In this document: positions 9,026 to 17,104 of the stretch, piece by piece | Layout: each line of letters starts with the position of its first letter | Position numbering within the stretch: position 1 is the stretch's first letter | Origin: an uncultured virus (IMG/VR IMGVR_UViG_3300006145_000010) | Lineage: Duplodnaviria; Heunggongvirae; Uroviricota; Caudoviricetes | DNA length: 64,000 nucleotides | Strand: one strand, 5' to 3' | IMG/VR virus record: IMGVR_UViG_3300006145_000010 | Made by a program: the position numbers and the translations under genes | The notes under the pieces: model-generated | Database searches by the model: none | Told to the model about the DNA's origin: nothing | The model's input: the letters and a program-made list of their open reading frames with translations, nothing else

Positions 9026-9134
9026 GGTTTTTGATTACAACAAAGTTGCTCGTCAGTCAAAATATTTTTACTCAAAAGTTGTCATTCGGGAAAATTGTTT
9101 GACCTGCCGTGCAATTTTGTTGTAGTGTCCGGGC

Positions 9135-9488
9135 ATGGAAAAATTTAGAGATGAGCTGAAAAGTTGGATGAAAGAATCAGGAAAAAGCCGTGACTGGGTG
9201 GCTGAAAAATTGGGTGTTGGTAAAAGAACAGTAGATTCTTGGTTTTCCTATAAGCAGATTCCAGAAAAAAAGCAAAAGTTGCTCCGGGAATTGATGGAGA
9301 AAGAGCAACAACCGAAGCAGGTTGAGATCAGTATGGATTTTACGCCGGAACAACTGGAAATGATCCGTCAGGCTGCGGCGTTGAGGGGGGAAACTCCCGG
9401 AGAATGGTGTGAGCGGGCGATTAAGGCCTTAACTGCTGTGTCCGTAGCCCTGAATGATTATCACCGGTTAGGCGGGAAGGGAGGATAA
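9135..9488 (+). CDS. Repressor-like HTH protein 2 (no S24 domain)
   Basis: SRDWVAEKLGVGKRTVDSWFS HTH; operator-like inverted repeat at 9036-9049/9111-9124. Confidence 0.75.
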   Translation: MEKFRDELKSWMKESGKSRDWVAEKLGVGKRTVDSWFSYKQIPEKKQKLLRELMEKEQQPKQVEISMDFTPEQLEMIRQAAALRGETPGEWCERAIKALTAVSVALNDYHRLGGKGG

Positions 9489-9535
9489 AAAAGCCGTGCC
9501 TGGTGAGAGGCACGGCGGAAGGAAATGCAGATATA

Positions 9536-10459
9536 TTATAGAACTTCTCTTAGTAGCTCTTCACGTTTTTTCCCCGATTCTATTTCCGCTTCTTCCCAAA
9601 ATTCCTGTTCTGTGATGATAACAGTAGGAGAACCCGGTTCCATAGCATGGGCCAGTTTTCCGCCGATATTTCCGTGTTTGTAAGCTGTTGACCCTTCAGC
9701 GCACCATATCAGGAGGTCTGCTCTGGAGCTTTTACTTGATATTCCGCCGCCTAAATTTTCCACAATTTTTTCTAAATGTTTCCGTTGCGCATAAGGTGAT
9801 TTCCCGGTGAATAGGCACCAAGTCCTTTTGAAAGCCGGCCAGTTTTTTGATTCATGGGAGGCGGTGCGTTGGCGAGATATCCATGATTCTGATTTTGCAA
9901 GAAGAGTATCAGAACCAAAAGGTTTAAGAAAAAGTAACATGCGGATTTTTCCTTTTCCTGTTTCTAAATAACTGGTCATGATTTCCCGCGCGGTTTTATA
10001 GGGTTGCCAAGTAGATATTTTTTCTGATTCAGGAGGCAAAAAAGAAATAAGACGGGAGATAAGTTCTGCGGTGATTGAAGATGAATAGCTGAGGGAAAAC
10101 AAGTGTTTAGCAAGGTGATTCCATAAATGATTGTAATAAAGGAGTTTTTCTTTATCTCGGCTAATGGGATTTCTGTCTTGTATCATTTTAAGAGATAAAT
10201 TCCAGAAATCATAAGGAGAGAGGTTTTGTTCTTTTATAGCCCATAAAACTTCTGAAGCACCTGGCTGTTTTTTTAATCTTTGAAGAGTTGGAAGCACTTC
10301 TGGAATATCATCTAGATTTGGAGAGAGATTTAACAAATCGCAAGCAAGCATATATCCTGTAAATTCAAACAGGCAAATATCTGTTTTGCGAGAACCGCAG
10401 TTGTGAATGAATAGGGGGTTATCTTCGCTGTCAGATAGCGTATATGAAATGGTTACCAT
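9536..10459 (-). CDS. BRCT-domain protein
   Basis: C-terminal CLFTGK...RKHLEKIVENLGG...ADLLIW...IITEQEFW is BRCT-like; AT-rich; terminator at 9487-9516. Confidence 0.7.
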   Translation of the reverse strand: MVTISYTLSDSEDNPLFIHNCGSRKTDICLFEFTGYMLACDLLNLSPNLDDIPEVLPTLQRLKKQPGASEVLWAIKEQNLSPYDFWNLSLKMIQDRNPISRDKEKLLYYNHLWNHLAKHLFSLSYSSSITAELISRLISFLPPESEKISTWQPYKTAREIMTSYLETGKGKIRMLLFLKPFGSDTLLAKSESWISRQRTASHESKNWPAFKRTWCLFTGKSPYAQRKHLEKIVENLGGGISSKSSRADLLIWCAEGSTAYKHGNIGGKLAHAMEPGSPTVIITEQEFWEEAEIESGKKREELLREVL

Positions 10460-10472
10460 GATTGCAGGATGG

Positions 10473-10871
10473 TTATTTTTTGACGATACAGACAAGAAGC
10501 TTGATGATGCTGGCAGCAACAAGCCACCCCATGGAAAGAAGAAGGGCAAGCAGGATAATAAGGCCAAATCCGGCCAGAGGTATGCGGGATATTTCCGGTA
10601 CTGGATAAGTGCGGATGCCGGTGATAAGAGTTCCGATGAAGGTTAATACCGCAAAAAAGATGCAGACATTGGCCGTTCCGGTGGCAAGGGAAAGGGCGGA
10701 TTCCTGTTCAGAGGCTTTATCCTTTCCCTTTTTGGAATTGGGGGCTGTCTGGCTGATGACGGTAGGAATAGCCGTGAAACTGTGCTGGCAGTGCGGGCAA
10801 ATGCAGGGCTTGCCGACATAGTGATCCGGGCAGGTGATATTATTGTTACAGTTTGGACAAGTAGTGTTCAT
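10473..10871 (-). CDS. Zinc-ribbon membrane protein
   Basis: CPNC...CPHC plus two hydrophobic helices. Confidence 0.7.
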   Translation of the reverse strand: MNTTCPNCNNNITCPDHYVGKPCICPHCQHSFTAIPTVISQTAPNSKKGKDKASEQESALSLATGTANVCIFFAVLTFIGTLITGIRTYPVPEISRIPLAGFGLIILLALLLSMGWLVAASIIKLLVCIVKK

Positions 10872-11025
10872 TGGTGAAATATCCTATATTTAGCTTAATT
10901 TTGAAGGTGCGGACAAGTTTTTTTTATAATGTTAGAATTGATGCTGGCCAAGCAGAGTGAAGGGGAAAACATAAAAAGCCCATGGCTGGAGCCATGGGCT
11001 TGCGGGAAAAAGCTGGTGTGACAAG

Positions 11026-11397
11026 TCAGATGAGGGCAAGATTGTTATCCTGCAACGCACTCTGAAGACGTTCCGCTTCCTTTGGAGTGAGGGGCGTCCG
11101 GTTTTTGATACGGGCATTCAGGGTACGTTGTTCCAAGCCAATGAGCCGGGCTATGGCCGATTTATTGAGCAGGGCGGAGGCGCGGGCCAGGCTTTCAATA
11201 GTAGGGGGAGGAAGGGGAATGGGGCGGTTGATGGCGCGGGCCGTTTCCAGCCAGTCCTGAATAGCGCGCTTGGCTTCCGCCAGGGCAGCTTCTTCCGTAG
11301 GGCCGTCCGCCATGCAGCCGGGAAGCTGGGGGACGGTGGCGATGAAAGAGGCATCTTCATCGCTCCATTCGATGTTGATCGTGTAGTGCGGGGTCAT
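11026..11397 (-). CDS. hicB: HicB family antitoxin
   Basis: FIATVPQLPGCMADGPTEEAALAEAKRAIQDWLE motif; terminator at 10973-11001. Confidence 0.9.
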   Translation of the reverse strand: MTPHYTINIEWSDEDASFIATVPQLPGCMADGPTEEAALAEAKRAIQDWLETARAINRPIPLPPPTIESLARASALLNKSAIARLIGLEQRTLNARIKNRTPLTPKEAERLQSALQDNNLALI

Positions 11398-11654
11398 AGC
11401 GTTTTATGGAGGTTGTATTGGTTGATAATGGTTCTTATCTGTTTGAGCTGGTAGGGTTTGGCTTTTCCATTGGGGCCGGGTTGGATGTTAATAATCTCTG
11501 GGATCTTTTCATGCCAGGCGACCATATGGGAACCTCCAGTTTGCCTGAATTGAAAATGGAGATGGGAGAGCAATTTGGTTGCTTCTTCAAAAGTGACGTT
11601 CCCTGTTTTGTCAGGGTTCATGATTTTTTCCAGAAGCTTTTTCTTGCTGCTCAT
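11394..11654 (-). CDS. hicA: HicA family toxin
   Basis: GGSH motif, NIQP...GKAKPYQLKQI; upstream of and overlapping hicB. Confidence 0.9.
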   Translation of the reverse strand: MSSKKKLLEKIMNPDKTGNVTFEEATKLLSHLHFQFRQTGGSHMVAWHEKIPEIINIQPGPNGKAKPYQLKQIRTIINQYNLHKTL

Positions 11655-11860
11655 GTTTCGATATTACCTTTTTTAGAAAATCAAGCAAGGAAAATATTTC
11701 TCAATTTAGAAATATGAAGATTCCAGATAGGAGTTTGTTACGGATGAATGAGTTTGGATGACTCTCTGAAGCTGGCCTTTTTTCTCTTTCTGCTCAAATA
11801 GTTCTTGCCTTTTGGCTTCCGACGGTGTTTACTCCCTTGCGCAGTCCCTGCAAACCTAAT

Positions 11861-11936
11861 GTCGCGTTCGTCTAGCGGTCCAGGACTCCCGCCTTTCACG
11901 CGGGCAACACGGGTTCGAGTCCCGTACGCGATGCCA
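11861..11936 (+). tRNA. tRNA-Glu (UUC)
   Basis: Full cloverleaf: acceptor GTCGCGT/ACGCGAT, anticodon stem CCCGC/GCGGG with TTC at 11895-11897, T-loop TTCGAGT, encoded CCA. Confidence 0.95.
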
Positions 11937-11953
11937 GTTTCTCTATTCTTTCC

Positions 11954-11985
11954 GGCGTCATGAGCAGTTCATGACGCCTTTTTTT
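11954..11985 (+). terminator. Intrinsic terminator after the tRNA
   Basis: GGCGTCATGA/TCATGACGCC stem plus T7. Confidence 0.85.
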
Positions 11986-12708
11986 GTGTTCTTCCGCGTC
12001 GTTGCCGCGTGCCGTTCTTCCCTTTCTCCCGCCTTCTTCTCCTTGTCCGTTTTTAAGGCGTTTTCACACTTTCATTTTAGATTTGGGAAGCGTCGTTCCT
12101 GTCCGAGAACGGCGCGCTTTTGTGCGGATTGAAAGGGGGCGTGGGGTTTTGAAGAGTGCTTCGCAAGGAGGAACATGCCGGAGCGTGGGCAGATAACGGC
12201 GCGTTTTTGAAACGTGGCGCAGGATGACGGCGCAGGGAATAAGCGTTTGATGATAAGATGAATATGTATCTTATAGCGTACTTGCGTACTTATTACCGGA
12301 TAATAACGGATAGAAGAATGATATATAAAAAAGATTCCGAAAAGAAAACACGGGGCAAGGGCGCGAACGGCACGCAGGCAAGGCCGGCATGGGGAAGGCA
12401 GGGCCGCCATGCGGGCGCATGATGGCAGGTGCCGGGTGGGCGGCAAGGAATCTTTTAATTGAGGGGCCCTGATCGCGGAGTTCGGCGGACACAGGGAAAG
12501 GCGGGAGTGTTCATGAAGGGATTTTTTTAGCGCACCATGAAGGGGAATGGTCATGTTTTTGTTCGCGTGGGTCTGCGGTTTTTTCGCAAAAGCGGACGGA
12601 TGGCGGCGTTTTTTTCGTCTTCCGGGCGGCGGACGGGGGAAAGAGGCTGATTTGGAGGGCGTTTTTTCGTTTTTGAAAATTTCGCTTAATAGTAGAGGGA
12701 GCGAAGTT

Positions 12709-13317
12709 ATGGGACAGAAGAGAGACAGAGTAAACGGCGCGCTGAAGAAGGCTTTCGCGGAGAAGAATGGAAAGTCTTTGCGTTGGGCGCAGATAGAAGC
12801 GGCCAAGGATTCCCCTGCATGGAGGGGTTTTCTGGCAGAGCAGTTTCCGCCGTCACCTGCGAAAGCGGACGGAGGCGGCGGAGAGGGCGCGCCCATGGGC
12901 GGCGCGTCCGATTTGGCGCGGGCAGGGGAGGCGAAGGAAAGCGCATGGCAGATTTTGAAGAGGATGGAAGAGCAACTGGAAACGGCCGCCCGGTCCGGTG
13001 ACGTGGGGTTGATTGCGTCGTTCACCCGTGCCGTGCGCGAAGCGCGCGCGAATTGGGAGCGGGCCGGCCTGCATGAGCAGAGGCTTCAGGAGGCGGCCGG
13101 AAGTCTGGTGCCGGTCCATGTGTTTCACGAGATGCGGACGCGGGGCGTTGCGCCGCTGGCGGAGCTGATGGCGCAGCAGAGGGACTTTATTGGTTCCCGG
13201 CTGGAGGCGGCCGGACGGCCGCGTTTTTATGAAGCCTGGGACGAATGGGCGCGGGAGTGGAACAGGAAGATTGATGACCTGAACGCGGAAATAAACGGAT
13301 TGTTGAATCATGTTTAG
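12709..13317 (+). CDS. terS: Terminase small subunit (putative)
   Basis: Directly upstream of and overlapping terL; SD GAGGGAG before ATG at 12709. Confidence 0.65.
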   Translation: MGQKRDRVNGALKKAFAEKNGKSLRWAQIEAAKDSPAWRGFLAEQFPPSPAKADGGGGEGAPMGGASDLARAGEAKESAWQILKRMEEQLETAARSGDVGLIASFTRAVREARANWERAGLHEQRLQEAAGSLVPVHVFHEMRTRGVAPLAELMAQQRDFIGSRLEAAGRPRFYEAWDEWAREWNRKIDDLNAEINGLLNHV

Positions 13318-15055
13318 CAAGTTGAAGATACATGAGAAGCCGGGCGTGGTGGAGTGGGCGGAAAGATGCCTGGTCCTGCCGCGGGAGACTTCACCGAACG
13401 CGCCGGGGCGGTTTTCCACGGCGCGCATGCCGTATATGCGGGAACCGCTGGAAAGCATCAGGGAAGAGGGGTTGCAGCATATTTACTGGTGTTTCGGCAC
13501 GCAGTCCGGCAAGACGGTTTCGCTGTTGATTGCGGCGGCGTATTTTATTGACAATGACCCCGCGCCCATGTTGTGGGCGTTGCCTACGGAAATTCTTGCC
13601 AGGTCGTTTTCACGGGCGCGGCTCCAGCCGCTTATATCCAAGAATGATGTGCTGGCGCGGCATAAGCGGCGTGACCCTGACGCCTTCACGGCGGCGGAAA
13701 TGCGCCTGGATTCCATGGAACTTTACATGGTTGGGGTGTCGGAGCCGGGCAATTTGTCCAGCAGGCCCATTATGCGCTGCGTGATGGACGAGGAAGCGAA
13801 GTATAAGCATGAGAATAAGGAAGAAGCGCACCCGGTGGACCTGATTGAAGAGCGCGCGAAGGGCTTTCACCGGTATCAGATTCTGCATGCGTCCACGCCT
13901 TCTTCCGAAGATTCTTATTTCTGGCAGAATTTTATTACCACGGACATGCGGAAGTTTTATGTGCCGTGTCCGCGCTGCGGGGAAATGATGCCCCTGGAGT
14001 TTAGCCGGAATACGGTGCAATGGGAAAGGCGGGAGGATCTGGAAGGGGATGCGCTGGCGGATTGGGTGCAGGATCATACGTTTTACGTGTGCCCGCATTG
14101 CGAGGGCCGGGTGGAGGATTGGGAGAAGATTGGGATGATGGAAAAGGGGGAGTGGCGGCCGACGAATCCGAACGCCTCCCGCGCGCGGCGGGGGTATCAC
14201 CTGAATTCCCTTTATTCCCCGTTTGTGACATGGGGGCAGACGGCGCGGAAGTTCATCGTGGCTCAAAATGACCTGTTCCGGCAGGTGGCCCTGCACAATT
14301 TCCGGAACGGCTGGGAGGCGTTGCCGTTTACGCAGTATGAAATCAAGGTGGGGGATGACAGTGTGCGGGGGCTGCGCGGTGTGTGCCGGCGCGGAGAGTT
14401 GCCGCGGCATTATTATTATATGGTAGTGGCCTATGACCCCGGCCAGAATCAAACTCACTGGGTGGCGCAGGCGATAGGGCGCGGCGGGGAAACATGGGTG
14501 GTTGATTGGGGGACCCTGCTGGGCATCAGCACGACGGACGCGACGCCGGGCATAGGGGCCCATTTTGAAAGCCTGGAGTGGGGCGGGGTGCGTCCTGATT
14601 TTGGGCTGATTGATTCCGGGGATTGGGCGCAGAAGGTTTATGACGAGTGTTATAAGTATTACGGCAAGCTATGGCCTACGAAGGGGAGCGGCGCGAATTT
14701 CGGAAGCTGGAATGTTAGCGAAGTGAAGTCGCATCCGGGGCTGGAGCTTTATTTGTACGTGGACCGCACCGCCAAAATGGAGCTTTACGCGGGGCGCATC
14801 CAGAAAGGGGCGGCTCCGGCCCTGCATTTGCCGGAAGATGCGGATCAGGATTTGCTGGCCGGATTGTCCGGGCAGCAGCTTGAGAAGCCAAGGGGCGGCG
14901 GCCTGGCGCAATGGCGGAAGCTGCCGAATGACCATTATGGAGACTGCGTAAAAATCGGGCAGGTGTCCTGGTGGGTGCGGCGCGGGGATTTTTACGCGGA
15001 AGAAATGAACGCGATTGAAGAAAGGAAGCAGAATGAGGGAGTACCGGAAGAATGA
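13310..15055 (+). CDS. terL: Terminase large subunit, lambda GpA family
   Basis: TQSGKT Walker A, MDEE Walker B, STP, CPRC/CPHC, LNSLYSPF, IDSG, NDHYGDC. Confidence 0.92.
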   Translation: MFSKLKIHEKPGVVEWAERCLVLPRETSPNAPGRFSTARMPYMREPLESIREEGLQHIYWCFGTQSGKTVSLLIAAAYFIDNDPAPMLWALPTEILARSFSRARLQPLISKNDVLARHKRRDPDAFTAAEMRLDSMELYMVGVSEPGNLSSRPIMRCVMDEEAKYKHENKEEAHPVDLIEERAKGFHRYQILHASTPSSEDSYFWQNFITTDMRKFYVPCPRCGEMMPLEFSRNTVQWERREDLEGDALADWVQDHTFYVCPHCEGRVEDWEKIGMMEKGEWRPTNPNASRARRGYHLNSLYSPFVTWGQTARKFIVAQNDLFRQVALHNFRNGWEALPFTQYEIKVGDDSVRGLRGVCRRGELPRHYYYMVVAYDPGQNQTHWVAQAIGRGGETWVVDWGTLLGISTTDATPGIGAHFESLEWGGVRPDFGLIDSGDWAQKVYDECYKYYGKLWPTKGSGANFGSWNVSEVKSHPGLELYLYVDRTAKMELYAGRIQKGAAPALHLPEDADQDLLAGLSGQQLEKPRGGGLAQWRKLPNDHYGDCVKIGQVSWWVRRGDFYAEEMNAIEERKQNEGVPEE

Positions 15056-15428
15056 CGTGCTGGAGAGGCTGAAGGCGGCTTTGGAAGCAGGGCTGTATAA
15101 GGCGCGGTTGCTGAAAAAGCATGGGCTGCCTCCGGATACGCCGGCGCGGCTGTTGGAGGGGGAATGGCTGCACCCTGAATGCGCGGGGCTGAATGCGGCG
15201 TGGAAAGATTTTTGGGACAAGCGGCAGGCGTTTTTCTGGACGTTGAAACAGTACCACGCGGAGCGGGGCCGGGAGGTTCCGGAATTGGTGAAGGTTCTTT
15301 TTGATGCGTTCGTAGAACGGTTGTCGCTGGCGTTTGATGAAGAGGCGTTGAGGTCGGCTTTTCAGGATGTGCTGGAACAGGTGGAACAGTCTGTTACGGA
15401 TGATGTGCAAATGGAGTTTTATTTTTAG
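15033..15428 (+). CDS. Hypothetical protein
   Basis: ORF overlapping the terL end, phage-like codon usage. Confidence 0.55.
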   Translation: MREYRKNDVLERLKAALEAGLYKARLLKKHGLPPDTPARLLEGEWLHPECAGLNAAWKDFWDKRQAFFWTLKQYHAERGREVPELVKVLFDAFVERLSLAFDEEALRSAFQDVLEQVEQSVTDDVQMEFYF

Positions 15429-15521
15429 TGCGGGTTTTCCCGGTGGTGTGGTATAGTCCGGGCCGTTGACGGCAGGGAAGGGCCCTGCCGTAACGCTTAA
15501 CCCCTAAATAGAAAGGTTTAT

Positions 15522-15587
15522 ATGCTCTATGTAAACCCCCTGTTGCTTGAGTGGCTTGGGCAGGTGCTTGTGCTCCTGATTGGCTAG
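15522..15587 (+). CDS. 21-aa hydrophobic peptide MLYVNPLLLEWLGQVLVLLIG, candidate type I toxin
   Basis: SD AGAAAGG at 15510-15516; extended -10 TGgTATAGT at 15449-15457; 5' hairpin; 3' hairpin at 15594-15623. Confidence 0.65.
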   Translation: MLYVNPLLLEWLGQVLVLLIG

Positions 15588-15664
15588 TCAAGCCCTCCCT
15601 CCCGAGTGCAAGCGGGAGGGAGGAAAAAGGGGTTGACGTTTTTCTTATATATGCTATAGGAGAA

Positions 15665-15737
15665 TCAGCAGGGATTATAGAGCATCCCGCCTTTCTAAAT
15701 AAACCCCGCGCCGTTGCACCGGTGCGGGGCTTTTTTT
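15665..15737 (+). ncRNA. Candidate antitoxin sRNA (or 3' fold-back element) for the 15522 peptide
   Basis: TTGACG(15633-38)-16-TATAGG with extended TG; ATAGAGCAT and CCTTTCTA are complementary to the peptide start and SD; terminator at 15704-15737. Confidence 0.6.
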
Positions 15738-15818
15738 GTGGAAGATTTTTCAGGAGATCCCGAACCAGGCGGACCGGTTTGATGCGGATGGTGTTCAACT
15801 GGAGAGCGGGGAAGAGTG

Positions 15819-16718
15819 TTATTCTCCGTTTCTCTTAAGCTCTTTTAAGAAAGCTTCGTGTTCATCCGAAATGACTTCAAACGTGTTGTTGGTTGGTTTG
15901 ACCCTACTGACATTTATTTGATCATCATAAGAAATTTCATCGCTATAGGTGATTTTTATACCATTTTTTTCTCCTAAAGTAAGAGCGTTGATGCGTGATT
16001 GCGTCAATCCTTCAGGATAAGGGCAGTGCATCCCCAACATAACGCTTTTTATATACAGATTGAATCCTCTGATGAATACTAAACTATCTTCTACTTCTGC
16101 GGGAAATGAAGTTGGGATAATAATGCGTTGTTCTTTTTCATATGTCCAAGATTCATTTTTTGTAATAAAAATAGGGTTTATTTTGAATTCTATTTGATCT
16201 CCAGATGTAGTATATCCTGATAAAATTCCATCGAATTTGGCACGTTCGTTCTGATAGTCAATATCCCATAGTATAACATAATTAGTTATTTCTTTTGTTT
16301 TTGGATTTTGTTTCGAAAAAAAATAGTCTCCTTCATGTTCTACCATCAATCGCCTATATATATAGGGATGCTCTTCTTTAGGATCTGATATTCTATTATA
16401 ACTTTTTTGTTCCGGGAGCGAGGGAAATCTGAAATGCACACAGCATCCTTTATGGTTATCAGCATAGTGTGCCCACATGGTGGGTGATTTATAGGTTTTG
16501 GTAAAGCTCAGGAAGCCGTATTCCTTACGCAAATGATTGCTATCGAAAGAGGTATATCCGTCTGGCAATTTTGTTGGCGGGGCTGACATGAATTCGAATG
16601 GATCATTGCATTCTTCCGGGAAAAGGACTTTGAGGCGCCCCTTTTCCAATGTTTTAATCATGTTCTCATAGGACATGAAGATGTAGGCATCAATGTATTT
16701 TATATTCTCTCCTGTCAT
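15819..16718 (-). CDS. DUF2971-like moron protein
   Basis: NDPFE, MWAHYADNHKGCC and KNESWTYEKEQR motifs; AT-rich, counter-oriented within the packaging operon. Confidence 0.75.
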   Translation of the reverse strand: MTGENIKYIDAYIFMSYENMIKTLEKGRLKVLFPEECNDPFEFMSAPPTKLPDGYTSFDSNHLRKEYGFLSFTKTYKSPTMWAHYADNHKGCCVHFRFPSLPEQKSYNRISDPKEEHPYIYRRLMVEHEGDYFFSKQNPKTKEITNYVILWDIDYQNERAKFDGILSGYTTSGDQIEFKINPIFITKNESWTYEKEQRIIIPTSFPAEVEDSLVFIRGFNLYIKSVMLGMHCPYPEGLTQSRINALTLGEKNGIKITYSDEISYDDQINVSRVKPTNNTFEVISDEHEAFLKELKRNGE

Positions 16719-16788
16719 GGGAATATATGGAAAGATATGTGAGAAAGGAAGTCAATGACATTCGGGCGTTGTGGCGGATGATAGCGGG

Positions 16789-16812
16789 TTTTGAAAAAGC
16801 TCCTGAAGGGTA
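16789..16812 (+). promoter_or_regulatory. Phage A late-gene motif, copy 1
   Basis: TTTTGAAAAAGCTCCTGAAGGGTA; also at 18635, 22469, 30416. Confidence 0.75.
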
Positions 16813-17102
16813 TGAACCCTATTGTACAGGCTTATGTGGAAAATTATGATTTGCCGGATTTGCAGGGAATGCTGCGGGAAAAGCTGGCGATTCTGGAAGG
16901 GCGCAAGGAAATAACCGGGGCCTCCACAGGCGGCGGAACGTCCTACACCGCGCAGGAGACCATGAATTTAAAGGACCATATAGCCTGCTTGCAGGAGGCA
17001 ATCACGGTCAAGAAGATGGAGGAAGGGGATTTTTCCGGCCTGGCCGCCGCGGATGACGGCGTGCGGGAAGTGCGGTTTGACCATACCATAACACGCTTTT
17101 GA
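16812..17102 (+). CDS. Head completion protein (gpW position)
   Basis: Small ORF directly before the lambda-type portal. Confidence 0.6.
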   Translation: MNPIVQAYVENYDLPDLQGMLREKLAILEGRKEITGASTGGGTSYTAQETMNLKDHIACLQEAITVKKMEEGDFSGLAAADDGVREVRFDHTITRF

Positions 17103-17104
17103 CC

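Noticed and set aside
12072..13025. 317-aa minus-strand ORF
   Set aside because: Overlaps terS antisense and has low-complexity, motif-free sequence
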